Shown one piece after another: positions 1 through 11,729 of a stretch of DNA of 64,000 nucleotides. Every line of letters starts with the position of its first letter. Within the stretch, counting starts at the first letter, position 1. The DNA comes from Prorocentrum cordatum. Taxonomy: Eukaryota. The notes beneath the pieces are model-generated. The model worked only from the letters and a program-made list of their open reading frames with translations. It searched no databases and had not been told where the DNA came from. The stretch covers positions 1-64,000 of the forward strand of contig CAUYUJ010000057.1 of the NCBI GenBank assembly GCA_963575745.1. Reading direction: 5' to 3'. Both the position numbers and the translations under genes were made by a program.

Positions 1-79
1 CTCCTCCTCCTCCTCCTCCTCCTCCTCCTCCTCCTCCTCCTCCTCCTCCTCCCCCCTCCACCCCCCCGCGGGGGGGTGC

Positions 80-130
80 CCCGTTGGCCGTGTCGCACCG
101 GGACAGGAGGCGCAGGGCGCACTCGCGGTC
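80..130 (-). CDS. GPN2: GPN-loop GTPase 2, internal exon DRECALRLLSRCDTANG (gene continues beyond window start)
   Basis: cag|GAC acceptor, GC donor at 79, 17 codons; matches the GPN2 C-terminal motif DKES...L..DKANG; in phase with exon 10513-10551. Confidence 0.8.
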
Positions 131-205
131 CTGTGGCCGCCCCGCCAGGCTGGCCGCAATCTGCGCCCGCCGCCGCCGCTCGAGGGCACAGGGAGGAGGC
201 CCCGA

Positions 206-335
<130 letters not shown>

Positions 336-827
336 GCGTCGTCAGCATAGGAAGAGGAAGAGGAGGAGGAGGAGGAGGAAGAGGAGGAGGAGGAGGAGGA
401 GGAGGAGGAGGAGCAGGAGGAGGAGGAGGAGGAGGGAGGAGGAGGAGGCCGCAGGACGATTTTATCCTGGATGCAAGATTGGCATGCCTCTTCCCAGAGC
501 TCCCAGAGCTCCTTCGAAGAACATTTTGGATCTGTGTTTATGTTCCCTTGCTATCTGAGTTTTGGACACCACACGTGGTTCTCGACTCTGGATGCCAAGG
601 GGCCGCGGGACGATTCTCGATTCGGTGGGGGTAGTCGGTAAGGAACCCTTAGATGATGCACCTAGGGTCTGGAAGCCCGTGGGACTCCCATCGTGGAGCG
701 GCCATGCATACCACCGCCGCTCTCGCCAGACAAAACATCCTGCAGGCTCTGAAGGCTCCTGCGCACGCCTGAGCCAGCGCCCCCACCGTGCTGGATGCCA
801 GGTTTGCCTGTCTCTGGAGAGGCAGGC

Positions 828-985
828 GTAGGTCGGGCAGGTCATCCTACAGGCGGATCCTGGAGGAAACATAAAGAATAGTCAGATCGTCAAAAGTATG
901 GAGCAAGTAATCGAAAAAACCTTCCCCAGACCAGTTATTGAGTATGCTTGAACCTTCCTCCTGTAGGGGGACACGGCCGACTTCA
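828..985. mobile_element. MITE family B (gtcgggcatgtcctcctacag TIR); related copies at 17596-17746, ~42998 and ~46400
   Basis: Inverted ends and dispersed copies. Confidence 0.65.
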
Positions 986-2410
986 GGGCAGGCCCGAAGC
1001 AGAGGGGGGGGGCGGGGCGAACAATCCCGTTGGGCGAGGGCGCGCCTCTCCCCGCAGGGCCCCGCCCCCCCCCCGCGGGGGGGGGCCGCGGCCGTCGCCG
1101 CGGGCAGCACGCGGAGGCCGCGGGAGGAGGCTCCGCGGGGGCCCCCGGGGAGGCCCCCGAGAGGGACCCCCAGACGCGATCGCGTCGTGGGAAAATCAGG
1201 GCGGGAGGTTGTTGTTGGCCAGTGTCGGCCTCGGGGGTCCCTCGCCGGGCCTCGGGGCCGTCCAAAAAGGTTCGGGCTGAGGAGCCGGCCCTCGGGGAAG
1301 GGGTCGGGACTTCCAGGGGCCCCGCATTGAAAACATCAGGACGTCGCATGTCTGGGTCGGCGCCCTGTGTCGGCTACACGCGCAAGGGGGACTCTAGGCG
1401 AGTTTGACCCTTGGTGCGCGGACAGCGGCCGCCCCCGCGGGCAGCACGCGGAGGCCGCAGGAGGAGCTTCCGCGAGGGCCCCGGGGGAGGCCCCCAGGAG
1501 GGATCGGCGCTTTTTGTCGGCTACTCGCAAGGGGGACCCTGGACCCTAGGCCTATGTTGCTCCAATTGTACTCGAAGATCACCTCCCAGAAAAAATCTCG
1601 GGCACCCACAGAAAAGTATCGAACCGGCGTCGAACGAGTATCGCCTCCCAGGGCCCGACACGTGAAAACCCTCACGTTTCGGTTCTTTCTTGGTGCTCGA
1701 ACTTCTTTCTGGTGAACAAGGCTGAAGCAGGTTGGAACATCACAACCCTACAACGGGGGCGCAGGGTGGCCAAATCCAAGCGCGCAGTCAGCCGCTGTCG
1801 CTTCGCGCGCAGTGATCGGATGGAGCCCGATGGGCCCGCACCAGAGGTCACTCCGACGAAGGGTATCTCCTGCGTGTGGTCGATTTTGGCCAGATCAATC
1901 AGCAGCAAATCGGGAAGCCGGATCGAGTCGGGATGTGCGTGGGATCTGGCTGCACCAGCACGGAGTCGAAGTCAAACAGGATCGGCCGCGCCAAGCTGCA
2001 CCACGGCGCCATGCAAGCATCGGGCAGCATCGGATCGCCAGAATATCGAAATCGAATCGGATCGGGCCAGTCAGAATCGATGTCGGATCGGATCGACATG
2101 ATGGAGACTGTTTGGGAGAATCCAGGGAGCCTCTTGGGCCACGGGGAGGGACGGCCCAAGGGGCAGCGAGGGCGAGGGAGCAACCGCAGGAGGACCGAAA
2201 GCAACAGAACACAAGCAAAAGCTGCCAGAGAACGAGGCGGCGGAGAGGATCCACGGTTCGGGGAAGGCACCCCCGAACAAACAGTGCCAGTGCCGCCCCG
2301 TTGGGCGACGGAGCGTGGCGGAGCGCTGGCCGTCGACCGAGGCAGGCCGCCTTTCAGCAGCGCGCGGCGGCCCGGGGGGCACGCGCCCTCCCATCGTCCC
2401 GGGGGGCACG

Positions 2411-3463
2411 CGCCCTCCCATCGTCTCTCCTCTTCCTCCATTCCTCTTCCTTGTGAACAACTCCTTCTCCTCCTCCTCCTCCTCCTCCTCCTCCTCCTCC
2501 TCCTCCTCCTCCTCCTCCTCTCCTCTTCCTTGTGAGCAGCTCCTCCCTGTCGCACCCCGCGGCCACTCGGAATGGCGAGCCGGGCGTTCCGCCGGAGACT
2601 TCCTCACCAGTTTGCGGTCCTGAAGCTCCGCACGTGGTGCAGCTTCCCCAGTGGAGGGCGGGTGGTTTCCAGACTGCGTCGCTCGCCTTGTGGCGCCCAG
2701 CACACTCGCCTGCGCAAGCTGCACGGGCTTCACGGGTGGAGGGCGGGTCGCTGTCCGACATCATGTGGCGCTCGCCTCCGCGCCGCGCGCCTTCGATCTT
2801 TCACACCCTGCAAGAGGTCCACGGATGGAGGCCGGGCCGTTTTCCAGGATGGGGCTCTCGCCCCAGCGCCGCGCAGACTCGTCCTACAGAGTGCTCGAGG
2901 GCTTCACGGATGGAGGGCGGGTCGTTTTCAACATGTGGCTCTCGCCCCAGCGCCGCGCAGACTCGTCCTACAGAGTGCTCGAGGGCTTCACGGATGGAGG
3001 GCGGGCCGTTTTCAACATGTGGCTCTCGCCCCAGCGCCGGGCACATTCGTCCTACAACATCTTCGGGAGCTTCACGGATGGAGGGCGGCTCTTCTTCAAC
3101 ACGAGGCTCTCGCCTTAGCGCCGCGCACATCCGTGGTAAGAGTTACATCGGTTTCGAGGGTTCTCATGGTGAACGTACCAGAAACGGTGTGTTGACACGA
3201 TGTCGGACTGTCAGGGCGCAACCATTACGTAGATTCGTGATTTTGATATCCCAGGAACGGTTTTCTGGCACGACTCAGGATCGTCAAGATATAGCAGTAA
3301 CGGTGATTCGCGGCAGTGGGGTCCCAGTAATGGTGTTCTGGCGCAGCTCAGGATTTTCAAACAATTGTTTTCCAACGGGGCATACCCTTCAGTGAAAACG
3401 AAACCGTGTAGGGGCCTGTGAAGAGGGAGCTTGGAGGAAGGATGTATTGCAATATCGTTGACG
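2411..3463. repeat. Left arm of an ~1-kb inverted repeat containing ~80-bp tandem subunits
   Basis: Reverse complement of 9604-10412, e.g. ctcctccctgtcgcacccc / ggggtgcgacagggaggag and tgaagagggag / ctccctcttca. Confidence 0.8.
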
Positions 3464-4160
3464 GGTCTTGGGTTTACACTGGTCCTCCTCCTCCTCCTCC
3501 TTCTCCTCCTCTCCTGCTCCTCCTCCTCCTCCCCCCCCTCCTCCTCCTTCTCCTCCTCCTCCTCCTCCTTCTCCTCCTCCTCCTCCATCCCCTCCGGGGA
3601 CCTCCAGGAGCGAAATTTCCCAACTCCTCCTCCTCCTCCTCCTCCTCCTCCTCCTCCTCCTCCTCCTCCTCCTCCTCCTCCTCTTCCTCCTCCTCCTCCT
3701 CCTTGTGCCACGCCGTGGCCTGGCGGCGCGGAGGCGGCCAGGTGCTGCCAGCAGAGGCTCGTTTTACCCTTCGGTCCCGGCAGGCGGCTGCGGCCAGCAG
3801 ACCTGCGGAGTTTATGCCCAACGACAGCAGATTCGATGCGCCTCTCAATCTTCCTATCTCGCTGCGTCTACGAACATGTTGCGTACTTGTCGTAGACCTA
3901 CGAACATGTTGCGCATGTGTCGTAGATTCTGCGAGAGCATGTCAAGTTTAGGCCGAATCAATCATGTGGTCGACCTCCTACTCCAATTCGATATAGAAGC
4001 GGCACCTGTCTTAGCTCCATGCGCCGTGATCCAGCTTTGCTCTTCCTCGGTTCCTGGAGCCTCCAGGAGGGCGGTCTCGTCGCCGCGGCTGGATCCGCCC
4101 CGAAGTTCTTGTCAGACGGCGCCCCAGGAGCGGTCGGGGGTGTCGTCGTCGCCCCGCCGT

Positions 4161-4216
<56 letters not shown>

Positions 4217-4489
4217 TCGTCGTCGTCGTCGTCCTCCTCCTCCTCCTCCTCCTCCTCCTCCTCCTCCTCCTCCTCCTCCTCCTCCTCCTCCTCCTAACCC
4301 CATGCCCACGATAATAATGTTACCCCCCCCTTAAGTCGTTAGAGTTTTTTTATCGTCGACCCATAAGAGTTTGGTCGGGGGCGCGGGGCGCGGAGGCCAA
4401 ACTTCATTATCACCTCGGAACGTTATGTTGAGATAGCAAGATCAAGTTATGTTGAAATAGCAACATCAAGCGAAGCGATCATACTTTTC

Positions 4490-4972
4490 AGGATGTCTCA
4501 AGCGAGACCAAGAATTTTGGGAGGCAGGCTCAAACGAAACGAGCAATGTTTCAAGGATGTCTCAAGCGAAACCAGTAATTCTGTGAGGATGTCTCAAGCG
4601 ATTCGAGAAGCTTGTCGAGGATGTCTCAAGCGAAACAAGCATATACTCGAGGATGTCTCGAGCGATTCGAGAAGCTTGTCGAGGATGTCTCAAGCGAAAC
4701 AAGCATATACTCGAGGATGTCTCAAGCAAAACAAGCATAGACTGAAGGATGTCTCAAGCGAAACGATACGTTTCTCAAGGATGTCTCAAGCGAAAACAAA
4801 AATTCTGTGAGGATGTCTCAAGCGAAACCAAGAATTTTGGGAGGCAGGCTCAAACGAAACGAGCAATGTTTCAAGGATGTCTCAAGCGAAACCAGCAATT
4901 CTGCGAGGATGTCTCAAGCGATTCGAGAAGCTTGTCGAGGATGTCCCAAGCGAAACAAGCATATACTCGAGG
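4490..4972 (+). repeat. Array of AGGATGTCTCAAGCGA cores with short variable linkers; a second block lies at 7342-7650
   Basis: Core recurs every ~29-35 bp. Confidence 0.9.
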
Positions 4973-5059
4973 ATTGCTCTTTTTCTTCCTCTTCTCTTCT
5001 CCTTCTTTTTTCTTAATTTATATTTTTATTTGTTTATATATTTCTTGATTTCTTTATTT

Positions 5060-5910
5060 TTTCCTCTCTCTCCCCATGCCCCCCTGAACTTGTTTATCCC
5101 TGGGGTTGATTATCCATGGCAAGTGAGGCACATGAGCTACCCTACACGAGCACTAAAAAAAACAAGTTTAAGAAAGCGCTTGTAAATTAAATCTAATAGA
5201 TTCGGAACTTGATTTTTTTTGCTCTTTTTCGTCCTCTTCTCTTCTCCTTCTTTTTTCTTAATTTATAGTTTTATTTCTTTATATATTTCTTTATTTCTTT
5301 CTTGTTTCCTCTCTCTCCCCATGCCCCCCTGAACTTGTTTACCCCTGGGGTTGATTATCCACGGAAAGTGAGGCACATGAGCTACCCTACACGAGCACTT
5401 AAAACTTTTAATTTGCATAAAGCGCTTGTAAATAAAAATTAATACGTTTGAATCTTCAGATTTTTTGTTTTATCCTCCGTTCCTCTCCTCTTCTACTTCT
5501 CCTCCTCAGTTCTTCTTGTCCTTTTCCTTTTCAATATTTCTTTTATGTAGTTCCCTCAACTCTCTCTTTGTTTTCTTTATTTCTCTCTTTATATCTTTCT
5601 CTCTCCCCATGCGCCCCTAGACTTGTTTATCCCTGGGGTTGATTATCCACGGAAAGTGAGGCACATGAGCTCCTACACGAGCACTTACAAAAACAATGTT
5701 CATACATCGTTTGTAAATAAAATATAATAGATTTGGAACTTGAAATTTGTGCTTTCCCTCTTCCTCTCCTCTTCTACTTCTCCTCTTGAATTCTTCTTCT
5801 CCTCTTCATTTTCATTATTTCTTCTCTCTCTCTCTCTTTCTATCTCTCTGTCTCTCTCCCCCCATGCCCCCCTGAACTTGCTTATCCCTGGGGTTGATTA
5901 TCCATGGAAA
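5060..5910 (+). repeat. Four ~250-290-bp tandem units (ccccatgcccccctgaacttgtttatccctggggttgattatcca...)
   Basis: Copies start near 5070, 5316, 5605 and 5860. Confidence 0.85.
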
Positions 5911-6454
5911 ATATGATAGGTTTTTCTTTATTATTTCCTCTATGTCTTTTTTCTCTCTCTGTTTCTCTATCTCTCTCTCCTCTTGCTCCTCTCCTGTCTT
6001 CTCCTTTTCTCTCCTCCTCTCCTTCCTCTCTTGCTTTTCATTATCTCCTCTTCTTCTTTCTCTCTCTCTCTCTCTCTTTCTCAATTTTCATAAAGCGTTT
6101 CTAGATAAAATATGATGGATTTGAAACTTGAAATTTTTGCTTTTCCTCCTCCTCCTCTATCTGTCTTTCTATATATATTCTCTTCTTCTGATTATTCTTC
6201 TTATTACTCTTCTTCTTTAGTATAGAGTTTTTCATTTTTCTGCGAAATGTGATATATATCTCTTATTCTTTTTTTAAAAAAAAAAATATATCTTTTTTAT
6301 ATTATTTTTTCCCCTTCTCTCTCTCTCTCTCTCTCTCAGCACAACCCCCCAGCACAACCCTCCAGCACAACCCTCCAGTACAACCCTCCAGCACAACCCT
6401 CCAGCACAACCCTCCAGCACAACCCTGCAGCACAACCCCTCAGCACAACCTCTT

Positions 6455-7143
6455 GAGGTTTATTATCGTCGGCAGTTTTTTATCATCGGCAGTGGTCGAT
6501 AACAACTCCTGAGCTCTCCGGGAACACGGCGGCACGCAAATGATACGCATGTTTTTGAAAAGTTTCATTTTGAAGAAAATATAGTTTATTTAATTGCGAA
6601 TTCCATTGAAATCTTTTCGAATTTGCGAAATCGAGCCGTCAGGCGCTTGAATGCCGCACTGCGTTCGAGATTTAGGCGAAAGCGTGTGCGACGCAATTTT
6701 CTCATGACACGCAGTTTGTTTGAAAAACCTTATTTTGACAAAAAATACTATATTTGGTTGCGAATTCCATTGAAATCCTTTCGAAATTGCAAATTCGAAC
6801 CCGCACGCGCCTGAATGCCACACTGCGTTCGATATTCGGGCAAAAGCGCGTGCGACGCAAATTTCTCATAAATGCGTCGCGTGCTTAAATCTCGAACGCA
6901 ATGTGGCATTCAAGCGCCTGACGGCTCGATTTCGCAATTTTGAAAGGATTACAATGGAATTCGCAATTACAAAAAGTTTTTTTTCCAAAATGAAGTCTTT
7001 CAAAAACATGCGTATCATTTGCGTGCCGCCGTCTTCCGGGAGAGCTCAGGAGTTGCGATTTACCACTGCCGATGATAAAAAAAACTGCCGACGATAATAA
7101 ACCTCAGCCGATGATAAAAAACTGCCGACGATAATAAACCTCT
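6455..7143. mobile_element. Foldback/MITE hairpin with ~240-bp arms
   Basis: gaggtttattatcgtcggcag...ggcacgcaaatgatacgcatg mirrored by catgcgtatcatttgcgtgcc...ctgccgacgataataaacctc. Confidence 0.85.
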
Positions 7144-8069
7144 GAGGAGCGCACGGCGGGAGAGAGAGAGAGAGTCTCACCTCTCTCTCTCTCTCTCTCT
7201 CTCTCCCTCCCTCTCTCCTCTTTCTCTCACTATCTCTCTCTGCTCAAGGTGAGCTGCGGAAGCAGAGCTGCTCAAGCAGATGGCTGCTCAGAGAGCAGAA
7301 CCAGACAATGAGACCTTCGAGAATAAAGAAAAAAACATATTTCGAGGATGTCTCAAGCGAAATAAGCAATAGTTCGACGGTGTCTCAAGCGAAATAAGCA
7401 ATAGTTCCAGGATGTCTCAAGCGAAATACGCAATAGTTTCAGGATGTTCAGGCGAAATCAGCAATAGTTTGATGATGTTTCAAGCGAAAAACACAATTAT
7501 TTCGAGGATGTCTCAAGCGAAATAATCGAAATAAGCAATAGTTCGTGGATGTCTCAAGCGAGACAAGGGATTTGTCGAGGATGTCTCCAGCGAGATAAGC
7601 CATTGTTGAGGATATTTTAATGAAGACTAAACGCCAAGGATGTCTCAAAACGTGCTCGGTTTGGTCTCCTCTTGATCATCTCTTACTTCGAGATTATGCT
7701 GAGGTCTGGTGGGCTACTTTGATTATCTCCCCCTGAACCCCGATCTTTATTATCCCCTAGTGTTTATTATCGTGAGCATGGGGTTATTCCTCCTCCTCCT
7801 CCTCCGTCTCCTCCTTCTCCTCCTCCTCCTCCTCCTTCTCCTCGTCGCTCTCATCGTCGTCGGGGCTCGAGGAGGAGGATTCGAGACTCGAGAGGAGGAT
7901 TCTTGATTCAGATGTTCGCGGCGGGGTCTCCGGAGGTCTGCAGGGGTCCCTCCCAGGACCTCCCGGGAGGCCTCCGGAGGCACAGAGAAAAAAGAGGCAA
8001 AGAGGCACCCGAGAAACGGGACAAGCGGGTTGGCAATATTCAGGTTGAGGCACAAGGGCGGGAGCTTGC

Positions 8070-8271
8070 GTAAGGGAACGAACAATGACACAAACATAAA
8101 AACTCTGAGGTCCGCGCGGATTTCTCGGATCGGCGCTGGGGCCCCCTGACGGCGCCTCTGGCGCCACCCCTGGCGCGCTTCGCGCGCCAGGGGGGGGGGG
8201 TCCAGCGCGGATCCAAGAAATCCGCGCGGACCTCCGAGTTGTTACGCTTATGCCATCTTTCGTTCCCCCAG
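8070..8271. mobile_element. MITE family A (cggaggtccgcgcgga inverted core); other copies at 47477-47779, about 48820-48960 and 49421-49620
   Basis: TIRs GGGAACGA...TCGTTCCC; four related copies in the window. Confidence 0.8.
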
Positions 8272-9603
8272 CAAGGGCGGGAGCTTGCAGCGCACACAGG
8301 CTCACCCGCACCGCACCTGGCGGGATGCTCAGCGGGCGGCCTTGCCTCCTTGAGTTGTGGCCCTGCGAGCTCGGGGGCGAATGCCCTCGAGAAGAGATTT
8401 TCGGCGTCGGCTGTATCCCGAGCTCGGCGGCGAGCCCAGGGGGAGAAGTGAGCAGGGGCGGGCCTTCTCAGGAGGATCGGAAGTCCTCTGGCCTTCTGAG
8501 GACTTTCTCTGCCTTCCCCGAAGACACAGAAGACCTCTCAGGCCAGAGCCCTGCTGAGAAGCCCCGCCGCCTTCTGAGAAGGCCTCCTCCTTCTCACTTT
8601 CCCGCCCGGCGCGCCGCCGAGAATGCTCGCGAGAACAGATGTTCGGCGTCGGCGGTATCCTGAGCGGCGACAGCGGGGAACGCGAGAGTGTGTATGGGCT
8701 CCTCTGGGCCCCCAGATCTGGCGGAAGTCGGCCTCCCACCCCCCCAAACGCCAACCGATCCCGAAGGTGGCCGGGCGGGGTCGAAATTCCCACCGACGCC
8801 AAAGTGTACTGCACATTCCCCTGGAGCGTGCCGGAGGAGGGCCCGGCAGCGGCGACTTGGCCTCTGAGTTGCAAGTGCGCGCAGCCACCGTTACCGTGGA
8901 GGCGGCGTCGGAGGCGGCGAGTGCTTCTCGTGTGCCCTTGCCGCACGAGGGTCGGCAAGTGGAGGCAGCGGGGCCAGTCAAGCTAGAGAGAGTATTGAGC
9001 TCGCCCTGGATGGGGCCAGCCACCGCGTTCAGCAAGGACCCAACGGATGGAGGCGTGCTGGCGCAGGTCATCCCTGGAGGGACACTGGTCGCCTTGGCTA
9101 CATGCCCAGTGTTCAGAAGGCCGCCAAGGAGGAGCCCACACGAACTACGTCCTGTGTTCTGAGGGCCAAGTGGTGGTGTCGGGTATGCTCGTGGCTCATG
9201 TTTTGGACGGGTCCCGTGCTTTTTCTGACCGGGCTCCTGGCGCGCAGTGGGTACGATGTGCACAATAAAAAGACAAGGAGCAGAAGCATGAGGAGCAGGA
9301 GAAGCAGGACAAGGAGCAGAAGCGGGCGGAATGAGGATGGAAGAGGAAAGGAGGAGGGAGGAGAAACAAGAGAAGCAGGACGAGAGTAAGAGTGATGAAA
9401 GGAGAGGGGTGGAGGAAGGATGACGAGGAGGAATGGAGGATGAAGAGGGAGCAACCGACGAGGAGGAGGAGGATATTGGGAATGCGACGAAAGAGGAGGA
9501 GGAGGAGGATAAGAAGAACAGGAAGCTGAGGAAGAAGACCATGAGGAGGAGGAGGAGGAGGAGGAGGAGGAGGAGGAGGAGAAAGAGGAGGAGGAGGAGG
9601 CGA

Positions 9604-10412
9604 ACGATGTTGGGATACACCCTCCCTCCAAACTCCCTCTTCATAGGCCCCATATGAAGATTCACGTCCGCTGAGGGAAGAGCCCCGTTCGAAAATCGTG
9701 TGGAAATCCACAAGCGTGCCAAAACACCATTCTCAGGAATCCAACGTCACGAGTCAACCTGACTGCTGCGTCTTGACGATCCAGAATCGTGCCAGAACGC
9801 CATTCCTGGGCTTTCAACGCGGCGAATAAGCGTAAATATTGCTCCCTGACAATCCTGAGTCGCTCGAAAACACGATCCCTGGAAGTTAACCATGAGATTC
9901 CGCAAAACTCTTGCATTTGTTTCGACAGATGCGCGCGGCGCTATGTTGAAAAGGAACCGCCTTCAATCAGTGAAACTCTTACGAATATGTTTAAGACGAG
10001 TGTACGCGGCGCTAGGGCGAGAGCTGTATTTTGAAAACGACCCGCCCTAGATCAGTGAAGCGCTTGAATTTTCGAAACGAACGTGCGCGGCGCGAAGGCG
10101 AGAGCCACGTTTGAACACGATCTGCCCTCAGTCTGTGAAGCCCTCACAAATTTTGAAAACGCATCTGCGCGGCGCTAAAGCGAGAGCCAAATGTTGAAAC
10201 CCACCCGCCCTCCATCTGTGAACCTGTTGCAAGCTTCTACGCCTCAAGCTCAGAAGCGGTATGGAAGTCTCAAGCGAAACGCCCGGCCCGCCCCTCCGAC
10301 CAGTCTCGGGGTGCGACAGGGAGGAGCTGTTCGCAGGGAAAGGGAATGGAGGAGGAGGAGTTGTTCACAAGGAAAAGGATTGCTGGAGGAAGCGGAGAGA
10401 CGGTGGGAGGGC
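9604..10412. repeat. Right arm of the ~1-kb inverted repeat
   Basis: Colinear inverted similarity to 2411-3463. Confidence 0.8.
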
Positions 10413-10512
10413 GCAGCTCACAGGAGCGTCGAGCCACCGAGCCGCGCAGCCTCCGGCTCAGGAGGAGGAGCCGGTGCAGGACCAACCCTTGGCCTCGCTC
10501 CCCACCGCCGTC

Positions 10513-10551
10513 CTGGATGTCCAGCGGCTCGAAGCTCACGAGGCCGTAGTC
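10513..10551 (-). CDS. GPN2: GPN2 exon DYGLVSFEPLDIQ
   Basis: cag|GAC acceptor, GA donor; matches GPN2 DYSLVSFIPLNIQ; phase 0/0. Confidence 0.85.
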
Positions 10552-11139
10552 CTGGCGAGCGGCCGGCGCGAGCGCGGGCAGGCCCTCTCAGGAGGCGGCG
10601 GGGCCTCCCTGGTCTCCCGGCAAGCCCCCCTGTGGCTCCTCGGACGAGGGTTCCTCCGAGACGGCCCGCCCCCTCCGCCTGCCCCCCCCCCACCGGCGCG
10701 CCGCCGATACTCCTGCGGGGGCACCCACGGAGGCCTCCCCGCCTCGCTGCCCAGAGCCGCCCCCCCTGGGAGACCCGAAGGAGGGCCGAGAGCGCTCCGA
10801 CGCAGGGGGGAGCGGCAGCAGCGTGTCAGAAGCCGAACGAGAACGCCTGGTGCAGGCACGCTTTGGGGGAACTTCCCGGAGGAGGCTTCGTGTCTGGTGG
10901 TGGCGCTGGTTGTCCCTGGGGCATAGTTTTTCTTCAACGTCGCTCCCGGGGAATCGATTGGTGCTCACGCGGTCTGAAGAGCCAGCACTTCAAAAACACG
11001 GCCGTGGCATACGGAGGAAACCTGCGCCGCGCTAGCTGCGCGTCGATCGAAAATGCCGCCGACACGCCGGCGCGGCCAAAGCGGGTCAACTCCGGGCCGT
11101 GTGCACCGCCCGCTGGCGCCGGGGGGGCCGCCCCGCAGC

Positions 11140-11436
11140 TCACCAGGGCGCGAAGAAGCCGTTGGCGTTGGCGAGCACGGACCCGAAGAAGAGGATGGTC
11201 ATCGAGATCACGTAATTGTTCCCGCCCACGTCTCCCAGGCTCAGTCCCGCGGGCGGCGGGGGGGTGGTCGTCACCGGCGGCCCGCCGAAGAAGTGCATCT
11301 CCACCGCGGGGACGCGCGGGCCCGCGCGGAGCCCCGCCGGGGAGGCGCCGACGAAGGACAGCGCGAGGGAGCCCAGCAGCAGGGCGGCGGCAGCCGCGGC
11401 GGCGCAGGCGAGCAGCAGGGACGACGAGCGGGCCAT
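11140..11436 (-). CDS. 98-aa intronless probable plastid-targeted single-helix membrane protein, nested in a GPN2 intron
   Basis: ATG to TGA with very high GC3; hydrophobic signal peptide, then SFVG (F-based transit motif), a basic/Ala/Pro transit region, a hydrophobic helix YVISMTILFFGSVLA and C-terminal NGFFAPW. Confidence 0.8.
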   Translation of the reverse strand: MARSSSLLLACAAAAAAALLLGSLALSFVGASPAGLRAGPRVPAVEMHFFGGPPVTTTPPPPAGLSLGDVGGNNYVISMTILFFGSVLANANGFFAPW

Positions 11437-11520
11437 TGCTGGGCCTGGCGGGATGCGTGAGGGCGGTGCCGCGAGGAGCGGTGGGCGCTGAAAGGCGCTG
11501 AAAGGCTCTGAGCCGACAGT

Positions 11521-11729
11521 AGAGGCCTCCTAGATGGGGTCGGAGTAGATGGGGTCGGAGGATCGCGCTGCATCGGCGATACATCGGCGATGCATCAGCG
11601 ATGCATCGGCGATGCATCGGCGATGCACCGACGATGCATCGCCGACGTCGGCGACGCATCGGCGATGTATCGCCGATGCGGCGCGATCCTCCGACCCCAT
11701 CTACTCCGACCCCGTCTAGGAGGCCTAGA
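11521..11729. mobile_element. Palindromic MITE family C with an (atgcatcggcg)n core; copies at about 37350-37525 and 42800-42990
   Basis: aggcctcctagatggggtcggagtagatggggtcggaggatcgcg mirrored at the right end. Confidence 0.85.

Larger units (their letters stand above)
4295..7786. mobile_element. Non-autonomous TIR element (piggyBac-like CCC...GGG ends) inserted in a (CCT)n tract
   Basis: taaccccatgcccacgataataa at the left, ttattatcgtgagcatggggtta at the right; CCT runs on both flanks; AT-richer interior. Confidence 0.65.

Noticed and set aside
4490..4972. CRISPR array
   Set aside because: Linkers are short and recur within the array; no cas genes; eukaryotic context
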